Assembly (NCBI GenBank): GCA_963818475.1
Contig: CAWFSF010000006.1
Location: 1,376,001 to 1,440,000, forward strand
Direction: 5' to 3'
DNA from: Nitrospirota bacterium
GTDB lineage: Bacteria > Nitrospirota > UBA9217
DNA length: 64,000 bases
Shown: positions 1-10,417 of the stretch, in pieces
Numbering within the stretch: the stretch's first letter is position 1
Layout of the letters: the number at the start of each line of letters is the position of its first letter
Notes under the pieces: model-generated
Databases searched by the model: none
The model's input: only the letters and a program-made list of their open reading frames with translations
What the model was told of the DNA's origin: nothing
Program-made: the position numbers and the translations under genes

Positions 1-1332
1 TGCTACCTGCATTTCCCATGTATAGGAGTTGTATCTGTTGCCGAATCCTGATGTGCCGTAAAGTGGTGTATAGCCGCCTAGATTCGGCGTCAGATCGAAC
101 TGCCTGGTTGTCGAATTGAATTTCGGGAGTTCGGCTTCCCCGTACAGAAGCTGGATCTCCGGGTTCGTGTTTTCCACGTTCCTGGCCCTCCAGATTGAGG
201 TCGACCTCGATGTGCCAGCAGAGAGCGTTGATGATTCTTCCGGGCTCTGCGGCTGACCAAAGCAGACACGCGGGTAGGTGCAGTGTTCATGAAGGTAAGC
301 GCCTCTCCCCGGGATATGCATCGTTCCCCAGTAGAGCCAGCCGTCGAACTGGTAGAGAGAGCCCCCTCCATAGCCATAACTGGTCATATAGTCGGGATCG
401 TAATTTTGCGGAGTCCATACCGATTTCCAGTATGCCGTACTTTGCGTCAGACCCTGCGGCAGTTCGATTGCCGGGCTGACCCAGAGACCGCTTGCAGTCA
501 CTGCTATCCTGGCTTTGCCGTCCGTGCCCCGGTACTCGGCGAGTTCCCGTGGGACCCCGTTCACCATTCCTACGGTCACGAACTTCCAGACATCGGTCTT
601 CGTGCCGTACCAGCGGAAAATCCTGCCCGGCTTGCCGTCTATCCCCATGCCGGTATAGAGCTTGTTATTCACCACCACCCACTTCCGTATTGTCCCGCCA
701 TAAGGAAACACATGGGACCCGAGATACTGCTTCGTATTCGCGTCAAAGGCGAACATGTAGACGGCGGGCCCGCTCGCAGCCCCCCCGGCAAGGAAAACCA
801 CCCCGTTATGCGACCCGGCGGAGCGGAACCCCATGATCTGTTTCAACAGCGGATCATCCGGAGTCCGATCAATGAGTGTCCGGGTGACCAGGTCGTATTC
901 GAATACTTTCGGGGGCCTGACGTCGCCGTTTATATCTATAAGGAGACCTTCCCTCGCAAGCTGGCTTTCGCCGTACTCACAAACAGTGGACGAGCTGTTC
1001 ACTACATCATCACCCGCGCCGACGTACAGCGCCGTCGTAGTGCAATATACGTTCGGCCCTGTGCCGAACCAGAGACTGTCACCCTGCCTCGTCAGCCCCC
1101 AGAGATAGGTCTGATTTGTTTTTTCAACGCTGCCCGTGGGGCAAGGCGGCCCCGCTGTCGGACTGTATCCGGCTATCCCGTTCGGATAATCAATGCCCGG
1201 CCCGGCATAGCATTCATCCGGCTGGGCCTTGCCCAGGATCATGTTTGACAACCACGTGCCGGCATCCGCGTTTCCGCAGGCAAGAAACAGCAGGATGAAA
1301 CACGGCAACAGTAACAGTATCAGTTTCTTCAT
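1..1332 (-). CDS. Secreted repeat/beta-propeller-like protein, paralog C (runs off window start)
   Basis: Not in the ORF track because it is truncated. ATG at 1332 with AAGGAG RBS. Translates MKKLILLLLPCFILLFLACGNADAGTWLSNMILGKAQPDECYAGPG..., near-identical to 1426..3495. DNA 1-1332 is colinear with ~2167-3495. Confidence 0.85.
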   Translation of the reverse strand, partial: MKKLILLLLPCFILLFLACGNADAGTWLSNMILGKAQPDECYAGPGIDYPNGIAGYSPTAGPPCPTGSVEKTNQTYLWGLTRQGDSLWFGTGPNVYCTTTALYVGAGDDVVNSSSTVCEYGESQLAREGLLIDINGDVRPPKVFEYDLVTRTLIDRTPDDPLLKQIMGFRSAGSHNGVVFLAGGAASGPAVYMFAFDANTKQYLGSHVFPYGGTIRKWVVVNNKLYTGMGIDGKPGRIFRWYGTKTDVWKFVTVGMVNGVPRELAEYRGTDGKARIAVTASGLWVSPAIELPQGLTQSTAYWKSVWTPQNYDPDYMTSYGYGGGSLYQFDGWLYWGTMHIPGRGAYLHEHCTYPRVCFGQPQSPEESSTLSAGTSRSTSIWRARNVENTNPEIQLLYGEAELPKFNSTTRQFDLTPNLGGYTPLYGTSGFGNRYNSYTWEMQVA

Positions 1333-1425
1333 ATCTTTCTCCTTTGTTGAATGTTCCTTGCTTGCGGCGTTCTCTGGCCTCTGTGTCCCCCCGGTTCCAG
1401 GTTGTTTTACGTCATCGCATCCGGC

Positions 1426-3495
1426 TCACTTTTTATTCGTGAATCTCGTGGTTGCTATTGCGCTCGGCAGCAAGCCTTCGGCAAATGCCTTTGCTTTAAC
1501 CCTCGTTGTGGCGGTCAGTATGATCGGGGACCCGTAGCGGGAAGAGGTTTCTGTCGGATCGGAGTCGTCCAGCGTATAGTAAATTGAAGCTCCGGGTGTG
1601 GAATCGGAAATCGAGACGGTGACGGAACCCGTGAACGCGCCACCATTGGGGCTTATTACCGGCGTGTCCACTTGCGATGTTTTGGTAAATGAAGCGGTTG
1701 CTATATCGCTCGACAGATAGCCCCCTAAAAATGCCCTCGCCTTTACCGTGGTTGTTTCGGACAGAATGATCGGAGATTTATAGGGATTCGAGGTTTGCGT
1801 CGGTTCGGAACCGTCGAGCGTATAGTAAATTGACGAACCGATTTCGGCATTGGCGACCGAAACAGTCACGGTGCCGATGAACATTCCCGCGCCGGGGCTG
1901 ACAACAGGTGTGCTCAGTTTGACCGTCGGCGCCGGGTAAACGAGTTCGCGAAGCTCCCAACCCGCGTTCGATCCGAGATTCGCGTAGCTTGCCATGCCGC
2001 AAAACAGTGTGTTGCCGTCGGGTGACGACTCCATGGTGCGAATACCGTATTTGCGGTAATCACCAAATCCTGACCCATCCTCCCGTACTGCCGGCAGATT
2101 CGAGGAATCAAAGCGCCACAGATCAGTGCCGGTAATATCGAGAGTGCCTATGAACAACCTGCCGTTTGCAACCTGCATTTCCCAGGTATAGGAATTGTAC
2201 CTGTTGCCGAATCCCGACGAGCCGTACAGCGGCACATAGCCGCCTACGTTGTTCGCCAGGTCGAATGTCCGTGTGGTCGGGTTGAATTTCGGAAGCTCGG
2301 CTTCCCCGTACAGAAGCTGGATCTCCGGGTTCGTGCTTTCCAGGTTCCTGGCCCTCCAGATGGTGGTCGACCTCGATGTGCCTGCAGAGAGCGTGGCTTC
2401 CTCTTCCGGGCTCTGCGGCGGACCGAAGCAGACGTTCGGGTAGGTGCATTGTTCATGGAGGTAAGCTCCCCGGCCGGGGATGTGCATCGTACCCCAGTAG
2501 AGCCAGCCGTCGAACTGGTAGAGAGAGCCCCCTCCATAGCTATAACTGGTCATATAGTCGGGATCGTAATTTTGCGGGGTCCATACCGGTTTCCAGTACG
2601 CTGTACTTTGCGTCAAGCCCTGAGACAATTCGATAGCCGGGCTGACCCAAAGGCCGCTTGCAGTCACTGCTATCCTGGCTTTGCCGTCCGTGCCCCTGTA
2701 CTCGGCAATCTCTCTCGGAACTCCGTCCACGGTGCCCACAACCACGAACTTCCAGATATCGGTCTTCGTGCCATACCAGCGGAAAATCCTGCCGGGCTTG
2801 CCGTCTATACCCATGCCGGTGTACAACTTGTTATTTACCACCACCCACTTCCGTATCGTCCCTCCATAGGGAAAGAGGTATGATCCAAGATACTGTTTTG
2901 TGTCTGCATCAAAGGCTAACATAATGAGACTGGGCCCGCTCGTAGACCCCCCGGCCAGGAAGACCACTCCGTTATGCGATCCGGCCGAGCGGAACCCCAT
3001 CATCTGGTTCAGCAGCGGCTCAACCGGCGTTCTATCGATGAGTGTGCGGGTAACCAGGTCGTATTCGTAGACTTTCGGCGGCCTTACATCCCCGACTTTC
3101 GCGTCAACGAGACCTTGCCTTGCAAGCTGGCTTTCCCCGTATTCACAGACAGAAGACGAGCCGTCCACCGGTTCATCACCCGCGCCCACATACAGCGCCG
3201 TCGTGGTGCAATATACGTTCGGCCCGGTGCCGAACCAGAGGCTGTTCCCCTGCCTCGTCAGCCCCCACACGTACGTTTGATTTGTTTTTTCGACACTGCC
3301 CAATGGGCAGAGCGGTCCTGCTGTCGGACTGTATCCGGCTATCCCGTTCGGATAATCCACTCCGGGCCCGGCATAGCATTCATCCGGCTGGGCCTTGCCC
3401 AGTATCGTGTTCGATAACCACGTGCCCGCATCGGCTCTTTCGCAGGCAAAAAGCAGGAAGAACAACGTTAAAAGGAGGATTTTTCTCATTTTCAT
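1426..3495 (-). CDS. Secreted repeat/beta-propeller-like protein with two C-terminal chitobiase/beta-hexosaminidase C-terminal (Fn3-associated) domains, paralog B
   Basis: Signal peptide. Two copies of the motif TPVxSPxxGxFxGxVTV...IYYTLDGSEPT...PI.L..TT.VKA.AF. Core motifs GFGNRYNSYTWEM and YGIRTM. Confidence 0.8.
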   Translation of the reverse strand: MKMRKILLLTLFFLLFACERADAGTWLSNTILGKAQPDECYAGPGVDYPNGIAGYSPTAGPLCPLGSVEKTNQTYVWGLTRQGNSLWFGTGPNVYCTTTALYVGAGDEPVDGSSSVCEYGESQLARQGLVDAKVGDVRPPKVYEYDLVTRTLIDRTPVEPLLNQMMGFRSAGSHNGVVFLAGGSTSGPSLIMLAFDADTKQYLGSYLFPYGGTIRKWVVVNNKLYTGMGIDGKPGRIFRWYGTKTDIWKFVVVGTVDGVPREIAEYRGTDGKARIAVTASGLWVSPAIELSQGLTQSTAYWKPVWTPQNYDPDYMTSYSYGGGSLYQFDGWLYWGTMHIPGRGAYLHEQCTYPNVCFGPPQSPEEEATLSAGTSRSTTIWRARNLESTNPEIQLLYGEAELPKFNPTTRTFDLANNVGGYVPLYGSSGFGNRYNSYTWEMQVANGRLFIGTLDITGTDLWRFDSSNLPAVREDGSGFGDYRKYGIRTMESSPDGNTLFCGMASYANLGSNAGWELRELVYPAPTVKLSTPVVSPGAGMFIGTVTVSVANAEIGSSIYYTLDGSEPTQTSNPYKSPIILSETTTVKARAFLGGYLSSDIATASFTKTSQVDTPVISPNGGAFTGSVTVSISDSTPGASIYYTLDDSDPTETSSRYGSPIILTATTRVKAKAFAEGLLPSAIATTRFTNKK

Positions 3496-3704
3496 TTCTC
3501 CCTTCAGAAATGAATCATTTCCTCGTCTTTATAAGCATGCATCTGACATTTTGAGCCGAATTTCTTTGAAATAAATTCGGAGGCATGAATTCTTTTATGC
3601 CTCGGAATCTCGACGGTTCAAAGATTTTATTTACTTCATTGTCTGAGACAAAGCTCTATATCCGATCAGCCGCTTCACTTCGGCGCAAGGCGCGCCGATT
3701 AATA

Positions 3705-4589
3705 CTAATTGCAGGAACCAGGACCCGTGACACCTTCATTGTAGTTCGTCAACGCAGTAACGAGAGCACTTGTTGCGGAAGGCGACAGATAACCCGAGCC
3801 GACAGGCGGAACCACGAGGCTGCCGATGAGAGCATCAGCGGCTGCGACCGCGCCGGCAATGGCGCCTCCATCAGCACCGCTCGCGATGTTCAGTTTTGCG
3901 GCGATCAAATGGTGCGCAAGGATAAGCAGCCCGTTGGCCGAATCCCCGTCTACCGCCGGCATGTTGAGAATGGCGACGAGCTGTGAAACGTCGTAACCCA
4001 CGGTTCCCAGCGTTAAACTCTGGACGGGCCAGGTGATGCAGAGGGGGCTCTCGGGATTAGTGCATCCGAGTGTCGGGTTATGCGTTTTCCAATATCCCGG
4101 GGTCCGGGTGCAAAGGTCACAAGTCCTGCAGGGCCGCGTACTGCAGGTATGTTCTTCGCTCCAGGCGCTTCGGCACATTAACAGTGTCTTATGCGCGAAT
4201 GCGCGGAAGACATAATCCGTACCGCAGGTGAGCGCATCTTTGCAGTTCGATATCCGGCATCTGTCGAAGAGCGATTCTCCGATATTTACCGTTCTGCACG
4301 CACCAGGGGCGAGATACCCTCCGAACCATGCCTTGCACAGGTTTGGGTCATCCGGGTCGCGCCAACCATTCTCCTGAAAATCGGCCAGCGTCTCCCACTG
4401 GAGAGAGAAGCCTGTGGGCGCGCCGGTATCGCCTGCGCAAACCTTTACGAAGATCGATGTTTGCGTGCTCCACGGGCAGGTTATGGCCGGGGTATCCACT
4501 TTCGCCGTCAAGTCGCCTGCGAAAGCCGGGACTGCAAGCAGAGCGATGATGATTGAAGCGAAAATCCCATAGCGTATGTTTTTATACAC
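3705..4589 (-). CDS. Secreted Cys-rich protein with TPGYWKTH motif
   Basis: GTG at 4589 follows a GAGGAGG RBS. Signal peptide ending AVPAFA. Cys-rich N-domain, then TRTPGYWKTH...LIAAKLN...YNEG, a motif seen in bacterial extracellular proteins. Confidence 0.7.
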   Translation of the reverse strand: MYKNIRYGIFASIIIALLAVPAFAGDLTAKVDTPAITCPWSTQTSIFVKVCAGDTGAPTGFSLQWETLADFQENGWRDPDDPNLCKAWFGGYLAPGACRTVNIGESLFDRCRISNCKDALTCGTDYVFRAFAHKTLLMCRSAWSEEHTCSTRPCRTCDLCTRTPGYWKTHNPTLGCTNPESPLCITWPVQSLTLGTVGYDVSQLVAILNMPAVDGDSANGLLILAHHLIAAKLNIASGADGGAIAGAVAAADALIGSLVVPPVGSGYLSPSATSALVTALTNYNEGVTGPGSCN

Positions 4590-4755
4590 GTTTACCTCCT
4601 CTTTGATCGCCGGAGCAGCATTCCGGTGAACATACGCGCCTTGCGTCGGAGTGAAACGGCTGATAAATCCGATCAACTGCGGAGCCGCAGAGGGCCGTGG
4701 AGAAAACCATTCAACAGGTCTTATCTCCGCGTCTCCCGGCTCCGCGTCAGATTAT

Positions 4756-6471
4756 CTATTCAAATTTCAATGCCCGAATTTCCCATCCCGGCCCAAACCT
4801 GGTGGTCGAAGCATTGCCGACCAGGTTGACGTTTGTTGCCATTCCGAGATAAAGAGTTTGTCCGTCTGCAGATACTGCCATGGTGCGGATGCCGTAATTG
4901 TTGCGATCGCCCACGCCGTTGCCGTCTTCGCGTTTCGCCGGTGTAGCGGAGTTATCAATGCGCCACAGGTCCACGCCGCCGCCTGAATCGTACGTGCCGA
5001 TAAACAGCTTTCCGGCCGCTACATCCATGGTCCAGGTATATGAGTTGTACATGTTGGGGCTTATTGTTTCGTTGGGGTCTGTGTCTTCATAACCGGAGTG
5101 GCCGTACAGCGGGGTCCAGCCGGTGGAGACCGTCTCAAAACTCCGTGTGCCGGCAGTGTACATCGGGAGTTCGGATTCCCCGTACAGCAGTTGGATCTCC
5201 GGGGTTGCGCTTTCCAGGTTCCGGCCCCTCCAGAGGGTCGTTGCCCTCCATGTTCCGTTAAGGAGTTCGTTCTCTTCAGCATCGTTTTGAGGTTCGCCGT
5301 AGCAAGGCCAATACGATCCGTACGTACAGTTCTCATGCAGATATCCAGCCCTGTAGGGAACCATCGTCGTGCCCCAGTAGAGCCAGCCGTCGAACTGGTG
5401 AATCCCTCCTCCGCCGTAACCCACCCTCGATGTCTGGTCGGGTTCATAACTCCACGGTGACCATTTCATACTCCAGGTCGCTGTGCTTGTAGGAAGCCCA
5501 TAGGCGCTCGTTATTGGCGGGCTGAGGTATACATTTTGAGAAATGGTAGCTATTCTCGACCGGCCGCTGTTGTCTACATACTCGGCCAACTCCCGCGGAT
5601 GTCCTATCACACGCCCGACCGTCACGAAGCTGAAGGGGTTGCTGACGCTCCCGGTCCAACGAAGCATATAGCCATAATTAAAAAAACTGCCTCCATTCAT
5701 GGCGTCCGACCCGACGGCCGTATAGAGCCTGTTCTTTACAACCAGCCACTTCCGGATCGACATGTTGGATGTGCCCCAGGTAGTGAACCTGTACGACCCG
5801 AGATACTGCTTCGTGGTTGCGTTGAAAGCAAACATGATGATGCCGCCGCCGACACGGGCGCCTCCGGCGAAGAAAACCACTCCATTGTGGGAACCGGCCG
5901 AACGGATCCCCATGACCTGTTTTAGCAAAGGATCGCTCGTGGGCGTTCGATCGATGATCGTGCCGGTGCCGGTGCCGTCCGATGCAAGGATATATTCGTA
6001 CATTTTTGGCGGCCGAAAGTCGCCTCGTCCCGGACTGGTTACGATGCCCTTCCTGTAAACCATGCTGTCTCCGTATTCGCACACGCTCCGGCTGCCTTCA
6101 TCCCCTTCTTCGTACCCTATGTACATGTTTGCAGTGGTGCAGTATACATTCGCCCCCGTTCCGAACCAGAGACTGTCACCGGACCGCGTGAGCCCCCATA
6201 CATATGTCTGGTTATACTTCTCCTTGACGGCAACCTCCTGACCGTTCGGGTAGCTCGGGGTCGGGCTGGTGATTACGGTCGCGGGACAGGGCGGTCCCGC
6301 CAGCGCGTTGTACCCCGAGATCCCGTTGGGGTAATCAATGCCCAGCCCGGCATAGCATTCGTCGGGCGGAGCTTCCGCCAGCACATTGTTTATCGTGAAA
6401 GTCGGTTCAGCGCTCGCCGCACTTAAGAATGCTAAAAGCAAAAAACAAGAAAATAAAATCGACTTTTTCAT
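4756..6471 (-). CDS. Secreted repeat/beta-propeller-like protein, paralog A
   Basis: Likely start MKKSILFSCFLLLAFLSAASA. Shares PDECYAG, QTYVWGLT, RSAGSHNGVVF, FDGWLYWGT, PEIQLLYGE and YGIRTM with 1426..3495, but lacks the Fn3-associated tail. Confidence 0.8.
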   Translation of the reverse strand: MKKSILFSCFLLLAFLSAASAEPTFTINNVLAEAPPDECYAGLGIDYPNGISGYNALAGPPCPATVITSPTPSYPNGQEVAVKEKYNQTYVWGLTRSGDSLWFGTGANVYCTTANMYIGYEEGDEGSRSVCEYGDSMVYRKGIVTSPGRGDFRPPKMYEYILASDGTGTGTIIDRTPTSDPLLKQVMGIRSAGSHNGVVFFAGGARVGGGIIMFAFNATTKQYLGSYRFTTWGTSNMSIRKWLVVKNRLYTAVGSDAMNGGSFFNYGYMLRWTGSVSNPFSFVTVGRVIGHPRELAEYVDNSGRSRIATISQNVYLSPPITSAYGLPTSTATWSMKWSPWSYEPDQTSRVGYGGGGIHQFDGWLYWGTTMVPYRAGYLHENCTYGSYWPCYGEPQNDAEENELLNGTWRATTLWRGRNLESATPEIQLLYGESELPMYTAGTRSFETVSTGWTPLYGHSGYEDTDPNETISPNMYNSYTWTMDVAAGKLFIGTYDSGGGVDLWRIDNSATPAKREDGNGVGDRNNYGIRTMAVSADGQTLYLGMATNVNLVGNASTTRFGPGWEIRALKFE

Positions 6472-6746
6472 TGCTGCCTCCTTTTCAAGATTCCTTTTAA
6501 ATGGAGAATGTTGAAGAGAGATTGACCTCCCTTCACCTCCGCTCCTCAATACATCATAACAACCGGATAAATCAATGATCCGGCTTTTCCCCTCCTTTCG
6601 ATTGTTCAGCGGGTTATACGCTCTCTGGATGTATTATTGGTGACCCTGCCGAAGAGTTTGTTTTACGTTGTCGTTTGATTTATTACAATAACAGGAAGGT
6701 AAATTCTCCCGAGTAACCGGGGGATGAAATCGCGCTGTTTAACATC

Positions 6747-7373
6747 TCATAGCTGTATTCCGTTTCGTAAGGATTCGCGACAGGCATGGACTTGACGCGA
6801 ATCGCCCGTACTGGAGCTGTCTTTTTCTCGTAAATGGAGCGTGTCCCGCGACGACTCCGCCTGCAAATGAGGACCGGCGTCCTCCCTTCCGTAGCGCAAC
6901 CGCTCGCGTTCTTCTTCTTCTATCTGCAAAAGCAGCCCTTCTGCTGCTTTCTCTATCATTTCCATGACCTTTTCAGGAAGGCCCTCTCCGTTCGCGCAAT
7001 CGAATTTCATTTTTTTATACTCGGGGTCGGTTAATTTATTTTTCAATTCTCTCGCTTTTTCCTGTATTTTCCCGGAATGATCGCTTTCTCTCCATCTGAT
7101 AAGCGCTTCTTTTTCCGTTAACCAGTTTTCTATTACCGGCAATAGACAGACCCAGTGGATCCCGTAGGAAAGCTTGACCATGAGCGCCCTGACTTTTTCA
7201 TGCCGAATATACGCGCGCATACTTTTTGAGTTCGAGACCATCTTCTTTCTGATACGCACAAGGATTTCCTCGTCGGACTTTCCCTGCTGCATGAGTTCTC
7301 TCATGGAGGAAATGTCCTGTTTATGCAGCGATTCTGCCATTATTCTTTCGGTCAGCCACACGGCACTTTTCAT
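6747..7373 (-). CDS. Hypothetical protein, charged and helical
   Basis: 208-aa ORF with a GAGGAGG RBS upstream. No recognisable motif. Confidence 0.55.
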   Translation of the reverse strand: MKSAVWLTERIMAESLHKQDISSMRELMQQGKSDEEILVRIRKKMVSNSKSMRAYIRHEKVRALMVKLSYGIHWVCLLPVIENWLTEKEALIRWRESDHSGKIQEKARELKNKLTDPEYKKMKFDCANGEGLPEKVMEMIEKAAEGLLLQIEEEERERLRYGREDAGPHLQAESSRDTLHLREKDSSSTGDSRQVHACRESLRNGIQL

Positions 7374-7458
7374 GACACCTCCTCATCGCGATCTCGCTTA
7401 GATGTCTTGATTCCCGAGATTGCCTTCTTATACGTCGAGCGAGCCAGGCGAAGCCGTA

Positions 7459-8796
7459 TTATAAAAAACACTGATATTGCCACGTAAACCGGTAGCTAGG
7501 CAATCCATCCGAATCAAGCAGCGTGTATGCATCAACTGCCGTAATATCGTGATAAGCAATAGCATCAGGAGCGTCTGCGCCAAGTCCTGAAGAGGGTTTG
7601 TTCCGATTCGTAAAAAGCATATGACTCACGAAGTAAGGGGGCGTGTCCCGATCTACATTAACGGAGGCCCCAGACTCGTCCATGTGCAAAGCCGCCCATT
7701 CCTCCTGGATAGTTGCCACAGGAACGACGCCGTCCCGTTCGTGGACAAAACCGTAATAGCTGCCCGCCCCTGTCAAGCCCGGCGCCGTCACCCATGCTGC
7801 GACCGTATTCTCCGGGGATCGCTTATCAGCCGGCGAAGCAAAGAAGCAAGCGCGGTCTACCAGTTGCTGCTTTGCGATATAAGCCGCTTCACCTCCGCCG
7901 TTTGAATGGCCGGAAAGACGGATGCTGCTCCATTGCAGCATTCCCGTATCATTCAGATATTGTCCCCAGGCCTCCTGGCTATTGCGCCGGGACAGATATT
8001 GCAATGCCCTGATGAGACGGTTCTCGATAGCGTCGGCTGCATCGACAGAAACCGATCCGGAGACATTTTTGCCGTTAAATATCTCTTCACGAATTTTTCC
8101 ATGGCAATCCGGATCGGCTGAACCCTGGCAGAGAACGTCCAAGGCGATACCGTTCCTGTATGCCAACCCGATCACGTGAAAACCGTTATTAGCCGCAGCT
8201 TGCAGGAGCAGACGGTAATAGCCTGGAGCGGCTTTCGTGCCCGGAAAAAAAACAAACAGCTTTTGCTTCGGGGAAACAGCGGGATTAAGGTAAGCATAAT
8301 GATTTCCAAAGCCCGGCGAGATCGTGGTATCGGTCATCGTCGGGTCGATGACGTACTCGTTCGGCGCCGGAACCTCAGTATCTTCATACACATGCAGGGT
8401 CGCGGCTGCGGTCGTGGATGCGGGGCCTGTCGCAAGACGCACTGAAAACTCCGCATTATCGTCGCCAGCTGCGGTCATCGGCGTCACATAGGTCGGCAGC
8501 GTCGCGCCGGCGATATCTACTCCGTTTTTTTTCCATTGATACATGATCGGCCCGGAACCTTCGGCGACCACGCTGAAGTTCGCAGTCTGACCGACGATAA
8601 CCGTCTGGCTCGTCGGCGAGACGCTGATGGAAATGACGCTGCCCGGTTGTTCGTTTGTGCCGGTGCGACATCCGGCCTGCGCGATGCTGAGTACGGCAAT
8701 CACAAACAAGAGGCGTACAATCCCGCGAACGCAGTTTCGATTTTTCTCGAATCGCCCGTGCCTCTCAGCACACCTTATGTCACGGTCCTTACTCAA
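7459..8796 (-). CDS. Exported lipoprotein: Ig-like domain plus alpha/beta hydrolase (BPSS1187-like)
   Basis: Lipobox-like QAGC. Ig segment PTSQTV..GQTANFSV...YQWKKNG..IAGAT. LFVFFPGT, nucleophile motif GHSNGG, and C-terminal Asp/His candidates. Confidence 0.7.
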   Translation of the reverse strand: MSKDRDIRCAERHGRFEKNRNCVRGIVRLLFVIAVLSIAQAGCRTGTNEQPGSVISISVSPTSQTVIVGQTANFSVVAEGSGPIMYQWKKNGVDIAGATLPTYVTPMTAAGDDNAEFSVRLATGPASTTAAATLHVYEDTEVPAPNEYVIDPTMTDTTISPGFGNHYAYLNPAVSPKQKLFVFFPGTKAAPGYYRLLLQAAANNGFHVIGLAYRNGIALDVLCQGSADPDCHGKIREEIFNGKNVSGSVSVDAADAIENRLIRALQYLSRRNSQEAWGQYLNDTGMLQWSSIRLSGHSNGGGEAAYIAKQQLVDRACFFASPADKRSPENTVAAWVTAPGLTGAGSYYGFVHERDGVVPVATIQEEWAALHMDESGASVNVDRDTPPYFVSHMLFTNRNKPSSGLGADAPDAIAYHDITAVDAYTLLDSDGLPSYRFTWQYQCFL

Positions 8797-8817
8797 GGCA
8801 ATATTTGAATTCCTGTG

Positions 8818-10350
8818 TTATTTCTTCGTTCCTCGATCAGACTGATCTGCCCTTGTTGTTTCAGCCTTCTGGCCGGACAGGGCTATCCGTCTGGCAGCCT
8901 CCGTTACCCACCCGCCGCCCATCGTTTTGTACGTGCTCACCAGCGCCCCAAACAAATCGTTCTGGGTCCGAACATTGCTGACCTGAGAATCAAACAGGCT
9001 TCTTTCCGCATCCAGCACCTCGATGTAGCTTACGTATTTTGCATCGTAGCGGTTATGGGCCAACGAGGTGTACTCTTTGAGTGCGACGACGCGACGGTCC
9101 TGGACGGTGAGCAATTCACGCATTTTTTGTACGCTGACCAGGGAGTCGTTCACTTCTTTGAATGCCGTTTGTATCGTGCCCAGATACGCATTCAGCAATT
9201 GCTGCTGCTGTGCCTCAGCCGTGCGGACCTCGCCGGAGATGCGTCCGCCCGTAAAAAGAGGACCTGCGGCCCCGGCGCCCACCGTCCAGAAGGCCGAGTC
9301 TGCATCAAACAGGTGGGAGAGCGACGTGCTCGCGAAGCCGAACAATCCGGTCAGCGATATGGTCGGGAAATACTGTGTTCTGGCCACTCCGATTCTCGCG
9401 TTTGCCGCGATCAGATTCTGTTCGCTCTGGCGGATATCGGGACGGCGCAAAAGAACGTCAGACGGGATCCCCTGCGGAATTGCCGGAAAGACCAGTGCAT
9501 CCAGCGTTTTGCCGCGTTTGATCGCTCCCGGATTTCGTCCCAGCAGCACGGACAGGGCATTTTCCTCCAGGACGATTCTGCGTTCGATATCCGGAATGCT
9601 TTCCGCCACTTGCTCATATGCCGACCTGACCTGGGCGAGTTCCATGCCGGAAATCTGGCCGCCTGCGAACTTTCTCTGAAACAAGTCCAGGAATTCCTGG
9701 CGCGAGGCGAGCGTCTCTTTCGCGATCTCCAGGAGTTTGTCGAGGCTTAACAGGGTAATGTAACTGTCGGCAACGTCCGAGACCAGCGTTAGAATAACAG
9801 CCTGACGGGCTTCTTCCGCAGACAACAGATCCGCCCGCGCGGCCTCGCTCGCTCTTTTTATGCGCCCCCAAAGATCGAGTTCCCAGCCCGCGCTGCCGGC
9901 GACGCGATCGATGGTATTGCGACGATCGACGCCCGGAAGGGGGATCGGCAGGTTGAGGCTCCTGCTTTCGCGCACCGCCCCAGCCTGGTAACCGACCTGC
10001 GGAAAGTAGCCGGATCGAATGGACTCCAGGCGGCCGCCGAACTCCTCGACACGCGCTGCAGCGATGCGCACGTCCTTATTCTCATTGAGCGCTGTTTGGA
10101 TCAGCTCGTTCAGGACCGGGTCCTGGAATTGTTCCCACCAGGCCGTATTCGCAGTGTCAGCGGCGATTTGGGGCTCAAACCGCCAGGCCGGCGGGACGTC
10201 CGCCCCGGGCCGCACGTAATCCTTCGTCAGGGCGCAGCCCGCGAGAAGACCTGCCGCCAAAAAGACTGACAGCAGCAGGAAGCGCTGGTTTGATCGAATT
10301 TGAGATACCGTATGGCCATTCTCATGCTTTATAATTCCGCTGTTCATCAT
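8818..10350 (-). CDS. Efflux outer-membrane factor lipoprotein (NodT/OprM family)
   Basis: LLAGC lipobox; WWEQFQDPVLNELIQTAL; WELDLWGR; LLRRPDIRQSE; YFPTISLTG. Confidence 0.92.
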   Translation of the reverse strand: MMNSGIIKHENGHTVSQIRSNQRFLLLSVFLAAGLLAGCALTKDYVRPGADVPPAWRFEPQIAADTANTAWWEQFQDPVLNELIQTALNENKDVRIAAARVEEFGGRLESIRSGYFPQVGYQAGAVRESRSLNLPIPLPGVDRRNTIDRVAGSAGWELDLWGRIKRASEAARADLLSAEEARQAVILTLVSDVADSYITLLSLDKLLEIAKETLASRQEFLDLFQRKFAGGQISGMELAQVRSAYEQVAESIPDIERRIVLEENALSVLLGRNPGAIKRGKTLDALVFPAIPQGIPSDVLLRRPDIRQSEQNLIAANARIGVARTQYFPTISLTGLFGFASTSLSHLFDADSAFWTVGAGAAGPLFTGGRISGEVRTAEAQQQQLLNAYLGTIQTAFKEVNDSLVSVQKMRELLTVQDRRVVALKEYTSLAHNRYDAKYVSYIEVLDAERSLFDSQVSNVRTQNDLFGALVSTYKTMGGGWVTEAARRIALSGQKAETTRADQSDRGTKK

Positions 10351-10417
10351 GATTTCCCTGCCTTCTCGATATTGAAATTTATTTTTACCACTTCACCGGT
10401 AAATCACCCCACACCGC

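Noticed and set aside
1-3495. Near-identical paralog segments as a DGR template/variable pair
   Set aside because: Both copies are long open coding frames, the differences are not adenine-specific, and no reverse transcriptase is present.
6472-6746. Riboswitch in the leader of paralog A
   Set aside because: Some hairpins are present, but no recognisable c-di-GMP, cobalamin, TPP or SAM consensus. An Infernal/Rfam scan would be needed.
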